From IMG/VR virus record IMGVR_UViG_3300048574_000110, positions 1 through 29,644 of that record: a stretch of 29,644 nt of DNA, one strand, 5' to 3'. Below, one piece after another: positions 1 through 8,312 of the stretch. Source of the DNA: a virus. Its lineage: Duplodnaviria > Caudoviricetes. The translations under genes and the position numbers were made by a program. Position 1 is the stretch's first letter. The number at the start of each line of letters is the position of its first letter. The notes under the pieces were generated by a model that made no database searches, was not told where the DNA came from, and worked only from the letters and a program-made list of their open reading frames with translations.

Positions 1-703
1 TATCCCACGTGTCGCCGCCTCTCGCCTGCTCTTCCAGCAACCAACCTGTCAGGTCGTCTTCGTGCCATCGGGTCTGCACCACGATCACGGCGCGCGGAAA
101 GCGCGAGAGAACGACTGACGAATACCACTGCTTCACCTTTTCACGGGTGCGCTCGCTGTCCGCTTCCTCTCTATCTTTCAGCGGATCATCGATCAGGACG
201 ATGGGGCCAACGGTGCCGCGCCCCGTCAGTGCCGTGCCGACACCCGCCGATATGTAGAACCCACCCTGCGACGTACGCCAGAAGCCCTTGGCTCTCGTGT
301 CTTCTTTCAACTCGACGTTCGGGAAGAGATTTCGATAGGCCGCGCTCTTGACGATATCGCGAACTTCGCCGCCGAATTCCTCCGCCTTGTCCAGGTTGTA
401 CGACGCCGACATGATGGTTGCTTCGGGGTTGCGCCCTAAGAACCAAGCGGGAAAGCGTCTCGAACCAAGTTCCGATTTGCCGTGCCGCGGCGGCATGTTG
501 ATCATCAGCCGATCAATCTTGCCGTCTTCGATTGCCTCGAGCTTTTCAGCAATCAATCGATGGTGCGCAGCCGGCCGATAGGCCCGGTTCGTATATTCGC
601 TGAAATTAATGAGCGATCTGCGAGCCCTTCGCCTTTCCAGCAGTTCCGTCGCTATCTGTTTCGAGCATGGCAATGAGCTCTGCGTCGGAATAGTCGGAAA
701 CAT
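1..703 (-). CDS. terL: Terminase large subunit, N-terminal ATPase part (runs off window start; start codon uncertain, ATG 703 or TTG 673)
   Basis: Manual translation of the minus strand gives Walker A LMINMPPRHGKS, Walker B VLIDDPLKDREEADS and coupling motif VVQTRWHEDDL; the 5' end overlaps terS. Confidence 0.95.
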   Translation of the reverse strand, partial: MFPTIPTQSSLPCSKQIATELLERRRARRSLINFSEYTNRAYRPAAHHRLIAEKLEAIEDGKIDRLMINMPPRHGKSELGSRRFPAWFLGRNPEATIMSASYNLDKAEEFGGEVRDIVKSAAYRNLFPNVELKEDTRAKGFWRTSQGGFYISAGVGTALTGRGTVGPIVLIDDPLKDREEADSERTREKVKQWYSSVVLSRFPRAVIVVQTRWHEDDLTGWLLEEQARGGDTWD

Positions 704-968
704 CCCGTCTCTCTATGGTCATATCCACAGTTTGTGTTGGCTTACCGTATGCCCGATTGAGCACTTCCTGAGCTGCTGCGAAGGACACCCGCTCGTCGTC
801 GCTCTTCAAAAGCTCAAGGACCTTTTTGAAGGCGTCTGCGCCATGCGCGCGAGCCATAGTCCTTATCTCTTCGACGATCTTCGGACGTCCTGTGGGGTTT
901 CCGCTCTTGCCCTTCTGGAAGGGCTTCCCGATGACCTTGCCTGTCTTGCTGGTAGGTTGCTGTTCCAT
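606..968 (-). CDS. terS: Terminase small subunit (DUF5681-like N-terminus)
   Basis: GKPFQKGKSGNPTGRPK motif and ...VLNRAYGKPTQ; directly upstream of terL; start taken at MEQQ (968). Confidence 0.85.
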   Translation of the reverse strand: MEQQPTSKTGKVIGKPFQKGKSGNPTGRPKIVEEIRTMARAHGADAFKKVLELLKSDDERVSFAAAQEVLNRAYGKPTQTVDMTIERRDVSDYSDAELIAMLETDSDGTAGKAKGSQIAH

Positions 969-973
969 TGCTG

Positions 974-1519
974 TTAGCAGCGCTGCCCCGCTGCGAATTC
1001 TCCGAAATGAGCGAGAGCGGCGCATTCGTATGCAGCGCTTGCCTTTAATGGGTCATCGAAATAGCCGAGATGGAAATACTTCTTGTTGACCGAGATCTGA
1101 GCACGCCATTTGCCCTTCTCTTTGTTGAAGCTGACGCCCTTGAGACCGACAACATTTGTGCGGAACGCTCGGCGATTTGCCCCGTTCTGAGACCGAGTGG
1201 CGAGCCGAAGGTTGACCCAGCGGTTATCCGATTTCGAGGCATTCGCATGGTCAACATCAAGATCCGGCCATTCTGCCGTGACCCATGCCCAGATTACTCT
1301 ATGGGCGAGATACTGCTGGTTGAACAAGCAGAGCGCGACATACCCAGCGGCATGGGGGTTGCCCGCTATCTTGCCCGCGAACTTAGAGTTCCACCGCGCG
1401 CAAACATGCTCAGCGGACTGGGGCCCGTCTCTGAACATATCCGGCGTGCGCCTTCTCCACCGCAATTCGCCCGTCTCCGGATCATAGTCCAAAACATCGC
1501 GAACCTGCTTCGGTGTCAT
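974..1519 (-). CDS. HNH homing endonuclease with AP2 DNA-binding domain
   Basis: LDYDPETG, YLAHRVIW, VDHANASKSDNRWVNLRLAT, GLKGV..KWRAQI..HLGYF; ATGA overlap with the upstream gene. Confidence 0.92.
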   Translation of the reverse strand: MTPKQVRDVLDYDPETGELRWRRRTPDMFRDGPQSAEHVCARWNSKFAGKIAGNPHAAGYVALCLFNQQYLAHRVIWAWVTAEWPDLDVDHANASKSDNRWVNLRLATRSQNGANRRAFRTNVVGLKGVSFNKEKGKWRAQISVNKKYFHLGYFDDPLKASAAYECAALAHFGEFAAGQRC

Positions 1520-1851
1520 CTGTAATCCCTGCAGCAACAGTCGTGGTCGACAAAGCGTGATGCCTGGACGTTGAAGCTTCCCTCTATCGCTCCAGCGCCA
1601 GATCCCGTTGACACCCAGCGATAACACCAGCGTCCGCCATGACCCGGCGTAAGATCCAGGAAGTAATTCCCGATCGATGCCTTCTGCAATTCGACATCAG
1701 TTCCGTAGGCATACGTTTGCTTCTTTCCGCACGGTGAAAAGATCTGAGCTTCGACCGTGTCAGGATCAACGAAGTTTCCCGTGGCCTGATCTTGGAATGC
1801 TGTCGTCAGTCTCAACGGCTGACCTGGTGCTATCTTTCCCGGTGTTATCAC
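1516..1851 (-). CDS. Hypothetical beta-rich (Ig-like) virion-associated protein
   Basis: Coupled ORF in the late operon; alternating beta pattern, G.W.YRW motif. Confidence 0.55.
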   Translation of the reverse strand: MITPGKIAPGQPLRLTTAFQDQATGNFVDPDTVEAQIFSPCGKKQTYAYGTDVELQKASIGNYFLDLTPGHGGRWCYRWVSTGSGAGAIEGSFNVQASRFVDHDCCCRDYR

Positions 1852-2378
1852 AGGCGACCTCCGCCAACGCTAATATGCGTGAGAGACGACCCCCTGGCTT
1901 GGGTTCTTCCAATGTTGGCCCCTGCCATCGTCATCGTTCTTTTTCCGCTGAAAGCTGCTGGAGTGTTGGCGTACCCACCGTCACCTATCCGCGCCAGAAC
2001 TCTCGCTGCAACATGGGCCGTTGCGATAAGCGACACATCCTCAAGAACTATTCCCAGGACGGCATGGGGATCGCGCGCCATCGCGGCCGACAGCGTCGCA
2101 TCGTCAAGAAGCGTCCCCACCTCACCCGCTATGTCGAGTGAGCCTGTCGCGGCGATAGTGACGTCAGAAAGCGTGATGCCGGCACTACCCGTGAGAGCGA
2201 GTGCGCCAGTTGCAATTAGAGTTGCGTCGTCGAGTGTTGCGCTAACCTGACCGCTGATCGCCAGCGTCCCGGTTGCATTGCCTGTCGCATCATCAAGCGT
2301 GACCGCGAGAAACCCTGTGTTCCCCGTGTCGGTATTGATAACGCCGCCAATCGGCGCGCCAATGTAATTACCGATCAT
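1848..2378 (-). CDS. Hypothetical structural protein with internal (T)LDDAT repeats
   Basis: About five imperfect repeats of xTLxDxTxxATGxL; Ala/Gly/Thr-rich. Confidence 0.6.
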   Translation of the reverse strand: MIGNYIGAPIGGVINTDTGNTGFLAVTLDDATGNATGTLAISGQVSATLDDATLIATGALALTGSAGITLSDVTIAATGSLDIAGEVGTLLDDATLSAAMARDPHAVLGIVLEDVSLIATAHVAARVLARIGDGGYANTPAAFSGKRTMTMAGANIGRTQARGSSLTHISVGGGRL

Positions 2379-2405
2379 GCGCCGTGGCTTCTGGCAGTGC
2401 GTTGG

Positions 2406-2599
2406 TCATGAAGGCCACGGCGGTGCTGGAAGCATCGCGATCAGTTCTGGGATTGTGGGCTGCGGGATCGCGCCAGACTGTACGTCTGCGAGAACGCCGA
2501 AGACCGTCAGCCACAACGGATCGCGCCCTTGCTCGACCACGCTCTGCTCGGATCACCGCCGACGATCCAATGCCAGTCAAGAGGCGTATATTCGATCAT
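2406..2599 (-). pseudogene. Internally deleted or frameshifted fibre-associated (assembly chaperone-like) gene
   Basis: N-terminal MIEYTPLDWHWIVGGDPSRAWSSKG and out-of-frame C-terminal RDPLWLTVFGVLADVQSGAIPQPTIPELIAMLPAPPWPS* meet at GGCGCG (~2522-2527). Confidence 0.65.
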
Positions 2600-2608
2600 G
2601 CATCGCCC

Positions 2609-3793
2609 CTAAGTATACAATCCGCCATTCGACGTGCTTCCGGCAGTCGAACCGGGAAAGAAGTTTGCGCCGCCGCCTCCGGTGATGATGACCGCGTTGG
2701 TATCTGCGTTGTAGCGAGACCCGGTCGCCGAAAATGCGCCTAGCGTACATGTCAGGTTTGCGAGATTTAGAATGCCGCCCCAACGTGCGAGGACGAATTG
2801 TCCGAATGCAATATTGCGCAGCCACGTGAAGGTGGTTGCGCTTGGGGCTATTAGGTTGGAGTTCGTGTCACAAAGGAACGGCGCAGTTATCGTCCCCGAG
2901 CAGCTTAGCTTGTTGTTCGCGCCAGTGGGCTGCAAGTTGCCGCCGTATTTAGAGGCCAGCGGGTAGTTGATAACGTCGCCGTAGTCGTTATTGTTCGCGA
3001 TTATGATGTTTCCGGCAATGCCAGAAATAATATGATAGTTAGCCGTTGAATCGTGCGGGTGAACACCGGAAATCTGAAAATTTCCAACTGCCTTCTGCCC
3101 GTCAAAGATATAGGCCGACCCGCCGTTTTTTGTGATTGTGTAGTTGGATGGGTTAGCCGTGTCGCCGTTTATTATGACGGCTCCTGATCCGACCGGAGCC
3201 TTTAGAAGGCATCCCGCGAATGTTCCGGTGTTCCCTAGTTGGATCGTTGCGTTATAGATACTGATATCCAGCGCAGCGATCGTGTCCATCGCTTTCTGAA
3301 TTGTAAGAAATGCGCCACCCGACGCATTGGAAAGTCCGTTGTTAGCGTCGGAGCCATCTGTCCGCACATAGTAGGTGCGGTTCGAAGTCAGAACCGCGCG
3401 CGGAGCATAGCCCGCATCCTTCAACAGATTCCCTGCCGAAGAATCCCAAAGAGCTATATTCCCGACTGTGGCGCTCCCGGGTCCTCGAACCTGAAGCGCA
3501 GCAGGGACGTCGTTCGCGATGTCCTTCGTGCCGGCAGAGAAGCTGACGGCCGCGTTCGCGTTTGAACTGGCAAGGACCGTGTCCCTGACGAGCGTCGTCG
3601 ACGCCGAGAGGTGGCCGGTTCCCCGCTCCCATTCCGCTGCGGCCTGGTTCGATATGAAATAGTCGAACTTGTTCGTACCGCCGGTGCCGAACTCATCATT
3701 GAACGTGCGCTTACCGTTGACAACCGACAACGTGATGTTGCCCGTTCCTGTGGATGTCGACTGTTGGTGAATGAGATCGCCAGGGGCGGGCAT
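2609..3793 (-). CDS. Fibre/spike receptor-binding protein with probable beta-helix C-terminal domain
   Basis: N-terminal STSTGTGNITLS..WERGTG..LVRDTVLASSN module; TYYVRTDGSDANNGL..AFLTIQKA motif typical of pectin-lyase-like spikes; Gly/Asn/Thr-rich. Confidence 0.8.
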   Translation of the reverse strand: MPAPGDLIHQQSTSTGTGNITLSVVNGKRTFNDEFGTGGTNKFDYFISNQAAAEWERGTGHLSASTTLVRDTVLASSNANAAVSFSAGTKDIANDVPAALQVRGPGSATVGNIALWDSSAGNLLKDAGYAPRAVLTSNRTYYVRTDGSDANNGLSNASGGAFLTIQKAMDTIAALDISIYNATIQLGNTGTFAGCLLKAPVGSGAVIINGDTANPSNYTITKNGGSAYIFDGQKAVGNFQISGVHPHDSTANYHIISGIAGNIIIANNNDYGDVINYPLASKYGGNLQPTGANNKLSCSGTITAPFLCDTNSNLIAPSATTFTWLRNIAFGQFVLARWGGILNLANLTCTLGAFSATGSRYNADTNAVIITGGGGANFFPGSTAGSTSNGGLYT

Positions 3794-4200
3794 CAGGCGT
3801 TGCCATCCGTCAACGTGAATGCCGTGACTGTGAAGCTCTGTCCCGTTACAAAGGACGTGTTATCGACGGTCATGTCGCCGCCACCGCCTGTAGCGGTGAT
3901 TGACCCCTGCATATGCTGGGTCGTTCCGTCAGAAGCATAGAGCCGGAAATGTGCCGCCGTACCGGTGTTGTCAGCGGATGTGTCCTGCCAAGTGCCGGAC
4001 TTCGATTTCGAGCCCGACGCCGCGTTGGCCATCCAATCAGATGGCAGCGAGAGGGTCGCTAGAATGGTTCCGGAATCGGCATCGGTAATGTTGGTCGGCG
4101 CAGCACCGGAGCGGATTTTCAGAACAGCCGATGTTCCAATCGCCGTTTCCAGAGCATCGAGCCGGGCATTGCGGACCGCCACGGAGAATTTAACTGCCAT
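3793..4200 (-). CDS. Conserved small phage virion protein (fibre base or decoration-like)
   Basis: RNARLDALETAIG..LKIRSGAAP..GTAAHFRL..GGGGDMTVDNTS pattern seen in phage structural modules; function not known to me. Confidence 0.65.
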   Translation of the reverse strand: MAVKFSVAVRNARLDALETAIGTSAVLKIRSGAAPTNITDADSGTILATLSLPSDWMANAASGSKSKSGTWQDTSADNTGTAAHFRLYASDGTTQHMQGSITATGGGGDMTVDNTSFVTGQSFTVTAFTLTDGNA

Positions 4201-4367
4201 CAGAGGGCCTTCATAATCCAGCCAGCTGCAGCGACCTCAATCCCGGGATGCGCGAGCATCTGCACACCGAGGTTGACGTTGAAGAAAAACATCAAAAGAC
4301 CGAGCGCGCACACGACGCGCCCGGCCAAGTGGACGATCTGCATGAAGTCCATGTTCTGAATGTTCAT
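4200..4367 (-). CDS. 55-aa hydrophobic membrane peptide (not in ORF track)
   Basis: MNIQNMDFMQIVHLAGRVVCALGLLMFFFNVNLGVQMLAHPGIEVAAAGWIMKAL; ATGA overlap at the 5' end and TGATG overlap at the 3' end. Confidence 0.7.
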   Translation of the reverse strand: MNIQNMDFMQIVHLAGRVVCALGLLMFFFNVNLGVQMLAHPGIEVAAAGWIMKAL

Positions 4368-5524
4368 GCTAGGGCTTCCTGCGGATAGAGGCGGTTCTGG
4401 GCGGCTCTTGCTGCCTGCGCGACGCGCTCTCGGTCCTTCATCACTGCCGCCAGAGCTTCCGCTCCGCGCGGATCAAGGTAGTTCGTCACGTAGGTCGTGT
4501 TGTCGGGTTCCTGGCCCCAGACCTTGCGATAAGCCCAACGATAGGTGCGCGACAGGAACGACCATTTCCGGCGCGGACCTTCCGCCGTCAGGCGTGCCGC
4601 TTCATCGCGCATCGATCCGAACGAGATGAACACCGAAATGACGAGAACAGAGATCAGGCCCGTCAACTGCTGCGCGCGGCTTTCGCTCATGCCGCCCCAG
4701 TCCGTCAGCATGAACAGGTCGGCGCGATCCTCAGAGGTCACGACCTTCGTGCTCGATGCTTCGCTGCGGGCGCTGACGACTTCCTGCTCGAGACGCTTCA
4801 CGTCCTGATCCGCGGCGTTTGCCGCCTCGATCAGAGCCGGGTGCGTATCAGCCCATGAAAGAGCAGCCTTCGCATCGTTGTAGTCGGCGCAGTATTTCCG
4901 GGTCTGCGGGCCTTTGGTCGTCTGGCACTCGTTCGTCAGGTTCCAGTAGCGGGTGTTCGATTTGATCTTCGCAATCAAGGCTTCGGCTTGACCCCGGTCG
5001 GTGATCTTCTGACCGTCGACAACCGGGATCGTCTCCCAGGCGGCGTTGTGCTTTTCCTGGGCGGCGTTGCGGGCTTTCTTCAAGGCGTCCTGAGCCATGT
5101 CGAGACGCGTGCGGGCATCTGCGGAGTGCACGAAGGCCGCCTTCTGAATGTTCGTCTTCTCCGCCTGTCCTTCGGCAGCAGCGCCGATCCAGTTGAAGAT
5201 CGAGAACGAGAAAGCCGCCACCCAGATGGTGAGGTTGCAGAACATCGAGAAGGGCTTGGCTTCCCAGAAGGCCCGCATCATCGAGCGGGATGCACTCATC
5301 TCGTAGAGCAGACCGGCGATGCCGAGCGAGCAGCCGAACAGCACCATGAAGCTCGGAACGTCGACGCCGTTCTTCTTCAGGATCGTGACGACGCCAGCGA
5401 AGAAAACGAGGCCAATAGCGATGCGATCGAGGTTGATCCGGGAGGCCGGGCGCGAGACCGCGGAAAAGAGGCCGGAGACAGCCGGGATCAGGCCCCGGCG
5501 GGCCGGCGCAGGAATGGTGCTCAT
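4364..5524 (-). CDS. Multi-TM membrane protein with long coiled-coil loop and Cys pair; first gene of the late operon
   Basis: Three N-terminal hydrophobic helices, Ala/Gln/Lys-rich coiled coil, ECQTTKGPQTRKYC, C-terminal TM; AGGAG RBS before MSTIP. Confidence 0.75.
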   Translation of the reverse strand: MSTIPAPARRGLIPAVSGLFSAVSRPASRINLDRIAIGLVFFAGVVTILKKNGVDVPSFMVLFGCSLGIAGLLYEMSASRSMMRAFWEAKPFSMFCNLTIWVAAFSFSIFNWIGAAAEGQAEKTNIQKAAFVHSADARTRLDMAQDALKKARNAAQEKHNAAWETIPVVDGQKITDRGQAEALIAKIKSNTRYWNLTNECQTTKGPQTRKYCADYNDAKAALSWADTHPALIEAANAADQDVKRLEQEVVSARSEASSTKVVTSEDRADLFMLTDWGGMSESRAQQLTGLISVLVISVFISFGSMRDEAARLTAEGPRRKWSFLSRTYRWAYRKVWGQEPDNTTYVTNYLDPRGAEALAAVMKDRERVAQAARAAQNRLYPQEALA

Positions 5525-5533
5525 GTCGGGGGG

Positions 5534-5859
5534 CTCCTGAGATAGGAGGTGAATTTGCAAAAACAGAACCCCCGCCGCCGCGCATCCATGGCGTTGGATC
5601 GGGTGCCAGAGCATGTGTCGTGACAATCCCGGGTCAGGAGACAGTCACGGCGACGGGGATTTCAGGATTTTGTTGGTTGTTTTGCTCGCATTTCCGGATT
5701 CGGCGGCCCGGATTGCGGGTACCACCGTTGGAAATGCGAGCCTGGCCTTGCGATACTGGGCTTTGTTAAGCTCGCGGTCGGCCGACAAGAAACAGAAAAA
5801 GCCGATACGCCACGATAGAATCTAGCAAGAGCGGTGGAGTGATTTGCCTTGTGCGTCAA
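5534..5859 (-). promoter_or_regulatory. Putative late promoter (-35 TTGACG at 5859-5854) and structured leader
   Basis: 12-bp stem 5684-5695/5730-5741; multibranch stem 5570-5658 followed by a U-rich run on the minus strand; CTCCT/AGGAG hairpin 5534-5548 over the RBS. Confidence 0.55.
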
Positions 5860-5862
5860 GGC

Positions 5863-6474
5863 CTATCCCAGAGGACCGCGGCGCACGCCGCACATGCGTG
5901 ACATGGCATCCACAGTTCGCTTTGGTAGCTCAGCCGATATCACTTTCCTCTTAATCGAAGGCGGCTTGTATTCGCCAACTTCCGGGCGGGCGAATTCGCC
6001 GAAATATTGCGCGGCCGCCGTTTTATAGGCATCAGCTGCCTCATTGAACGTGCCATAGGTCCCGAGGTTCTTCACCTTTCCCCGGACGCCTATATGCGCT
6101 TTGAATCTGTTTCCGATCTTACAGACGCCCTTCGCGCCAGACGTATTATTGGACGCGATTTTTCTGTTCTGTTGGTTCTCCGAGTTTGTAGCAAGCCGGA
6201 GGTTATCCAGGCGGTTGTTGGAGGGTTCGCCGTCGATGTGATCGATCTGATCTGGTGGCCATTCCCCATAGATGTAGAGCCACGCTAGGCGATGGGCTGG
6301 GTATCTCTTTCCGTAAATGGAAATGTACGTATATTTGCCCGTCGTCGGTGAACAGACCACCGTCCCCCGCCTCTTTCCGGGGTAGTTCTCCGTCCACAGG
6401 AAAAGCCCGCAAACCGGGATGTATTTGATCACGCTCTTGAGTTGCTGCTGCGTGAGTTCACCCACCAATTTCAT
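5863..6474 (-). CDS. HNH homing endonuclease with AP2 domain
   Basis: YPAHRLAWLYIYGEWP, IDHIDGEPSNNRLDNLRLAT, NNTSGAKGV, NLGTY. Confidence 0.92.
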   Translation of the reverse strand: MKLVGELTQQQLKSVIKYIPVCGLFLWTENYPGKRRGTVVCSPTTGKYTYISIYGKRYPAHRLAWLYIYGEWPPDQIDHIDGEPSNNRLDNLRLATNSENQQNRKIASNNTSGAKGVCKIGNRFKAHIGVRGKVKNLGTYGTFNEAADAYKTAAAQYFGEFARPEVGEYKPPSIKRKVISAELPKRTVDAMSRMCGVRRGPLG

Positions 6475-6680
6475 TTGCGCTTTCTCCCCGTTAGGTCCTC
6501 TATCACACCAAGAAGCTCCGGCCGCACCCGGACTAACTTGATAATCAGCGCAACGGGTCCCGGTACCGCGACACTTGCCCAATATTGGCCGGTGCGGGGT
6601 TTCGCCCCCAACAGTTCCGCAAATTCGGTCTGTGTGTATTTCAGCGCCTTCACGGCTTCACGGTATTCGGCCGGGGTCAT
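6471..6680 (-). CDS. Small XRE-family HTH regulator
   Basis: MTPAEYREAVKALKYTQTEFAELLGAKPRTGQYW..VPGPVALII. Confidence 0.85.
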   Translation of the reverse strand: MTPAEYREAVKALKYTQTEFAELLGAKPRTGQYWASVAVPGPVALIIKLVRVRPELLGVIEDLTGRKRK

Positions 6681-6706
6681 TGAGGGGCGATCCGCTCTGC
6701 GTTGCC

Positions 6707-6805
6707 AATACGCAACCTTTAGCATCAAACCCGGCTATTTCAAGCAAAAAATACGCAATCTTTGTTGATTCGCTATTGACGAAAAGCGCAATCATTGCGT
6801 ATTCT
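6707..6805. promoter_or_regulatory. Divergent promoter with AATACGCAA operator half-sites
   Basis: AATACGCAA at 6707 and 6750, inverted copy ATTGCGTATT 6794-6803 within palindrome CGCAATCATTGCG; TTGACG 6776-6781 and TATTCT 6800-6805. Confidence 0.7.
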
Positions 6806-6881
6806 ATCAATCGAGCCCCGCAACGGCTGACACCGCGGCAGGGCTCTTGATCTCAACCTTAGCAAGAAGGATTGAAACCCA

Positions 6882-7001
6882 ATGTCTGGACTATCACTCC
6901 TATTAGTCTTCGTCACGGCATCACCGGTTCTTATTTTAGGCGCGGTCGTTGTTCTGAGCCTCCTCGTAGAAGCGATGATCGAGGGGAGCATCGGCAAATG
7001 A
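6882..7001 (+). CDS. 39-aa single-TM peptide (not in ORF track)
   Basis: MSGLSLLLVFVTASPVLILGAVVVLSLLVEAMIEGSIGK; AAGGA RBS; ATGA overlap with the next gene. Confidence 0.6.
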   Translation: MSGLSLLLVFVTASPVLILGAVVVLSLLVEAMIEGSIGK

Positions 7002-8002
7002 GAACCTCCATCAAAGGGCGAGCACTCGCCATCATCGCTGGTCTGGCGTTCACTGCCGGCGCTTTGACCATTCTTCTTGGGCCAGCCTTACTGACGCCGT
7101 TGGAATGGTCCTCGTACCATGTCCTGACCATCATCAGCGTCTTTGGAACGACAGCGGCCGGACATCTCCTTGCCGATGCCGGATTCAAGCACCCGATCGC
7201 AGGACTGGGCTTCCTGGTTCTGTTCCTAGGCGGCACCGCGCTCGTGGTTGCCAACAGTGTTGGCCGGCAGGCTGCAACATTCGAAGAAAGCACCCTGTCT
7301 GCGGAAGCGACCAACGCCGCGATTGCCGACAAGAGTGAAGACCTGAAGCAGGCCCGGGCCCGCAAGGTCTATGCTGATGCTCAGGTTCAGCGTGAGACCA
7401 GCCGGGGCGGCTGCGGCCGCTCCTGCAAAGACTGGAAAACCAACGCGTCCGACGTGGCGATCGTCATCGGTCAACTTGAACGCGACATCGCAGCGCTCGG
7501 CCCGAAGAAGCCGGTCAATGCGAAAGCCGAGCGGATGGCCGAGATGGCAGCCCTGTTCGGCGTGAGCAAAGCCAAGGCGCAGGCAATGTTCGTTCTGCTG
7601 GAGCCTCTGCTCAATTGCCTGTTCTTTGAGTTGGGCTCCATCGTCTCGCTCGGCTTCGCGTTCCGCCAGGGCAAGCGTCCGGTTTTAGTTGCCGCAAACG
7701 ATTGCCCTTCAGTTGCCGACAACCGGCAAACGTCTTTCCCTGTTGAGTTTCAAGTGCCGGAACCGCCAGAACCACCGCAAGGCAAGCGTCGCAAGCCGTT
7801 CCCGAAAGAGGTCATCGACTTTAGCAACCATCCCGTCGTCAAAGCTCTGCGGGATGTCGGAGGATCGGTCACATCCCATCGTGCTCTTGCCGCCGCGATG
7901 GGAATTGACGAAGGGGCGGCAACTCGGCGTCGGCAAGAGGTCGAAGACCTGCTGGAGGTCACGCGGCACGGCAAGCAACTGAGGATCGCTCTCAGGGCTT
8001 AG
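6998..8002 (+). CDS. Multi-TM coiled-coil membrane protein with C-terminal HTH-like domain (moron)
   Basis: Three TM helices, coiled coil, GGCGRSCK, TM, Pro-rich linker, then SHRALAAAMGIDEGAATRRRQE HTH-like segment; own promoter and terminator. Confidence 0.75.
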   Translation: MRTSIKGRALAIIAGLAFTAGALTILLGPALLTPLEWSSYHVLTIISVFGTTAAGHLLADAGFKHPIAGLGFLVLFLGGTALVVANSVGRQAATFEESTLSAEATNAAIADKSEDLKQARARKVYADAQVQRETSRGGCGRSCKDWKTNASDVAIVIGQLERDIAALGPKKPVNAKAERMAEMAALFGVSKAKAQAMFVLLEPLLNCLFFELGSIVSLGFAFRQGKRPVLVAANDCPSVADNRQTSFPVEFQVPEPPEPPQGKRRKPFPKEVIDFSNHPVVKALRDVGGSVTSHRALAAAMGIDEGAATRRRQEVEDLLEVTRHGKQLRIALRA

Positions 8003-8312
8003 ACAAATCAGGTGGCGGCTCTTCGGGGTCGCCCTTTTCATTTGCAGCCGGAAGATACCCATATTCCGTTCGCGTCACGACGATATCGCCGTTGTCTTTC
8101 ACCTCAACGGCCCATAGCGCATAGACTGGCGTCTTTGTGTTTCTCCGGTCATCCCACGTCCACTGCCGAACACCCTCCGCTCTATCCCATCTCACTACCC
8201 AGTTGAGCGTGACGCCGATATCTTTTGTGCGTGCGCTCTGCTGCTTTCGAAATCGTTCCTGATCTGCCGCCAGACGTGCTGCGTGTTTCTCAGGCGGCTT
8301 GTCAGGATTCAC
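7992..8312 (-). CDS. Hypothetical protein
   Basis: GTGA-coupled to the NusG paralog; no recognised motif. Confidence 0.5.
   Translation of the reverse strand: MNPDKPPEKHAARLAADQERFRKQQSARTKDIGVTLNWVVRWDRAEGVRQWTWDDRRNTKTPVYALWAVEVKDNGDIVVTRTEYGYLPAANEKGDPEEPPPDLSKP
8014..8038 (+). terminator. Rho-independent terminator
   Basis: GGCGGCTC-TTCG-GGGTCGCC followed by CTTTT. Confidence 0.8.

Noticed and set aside
4848-5585. 245-aa alternative-frame ORF and other long antisense ORFs (e.g. 16723-17496, 28016-28657)
   Set aside because: Shadow ORFs of high-GC coding regions with no motifs or RBS
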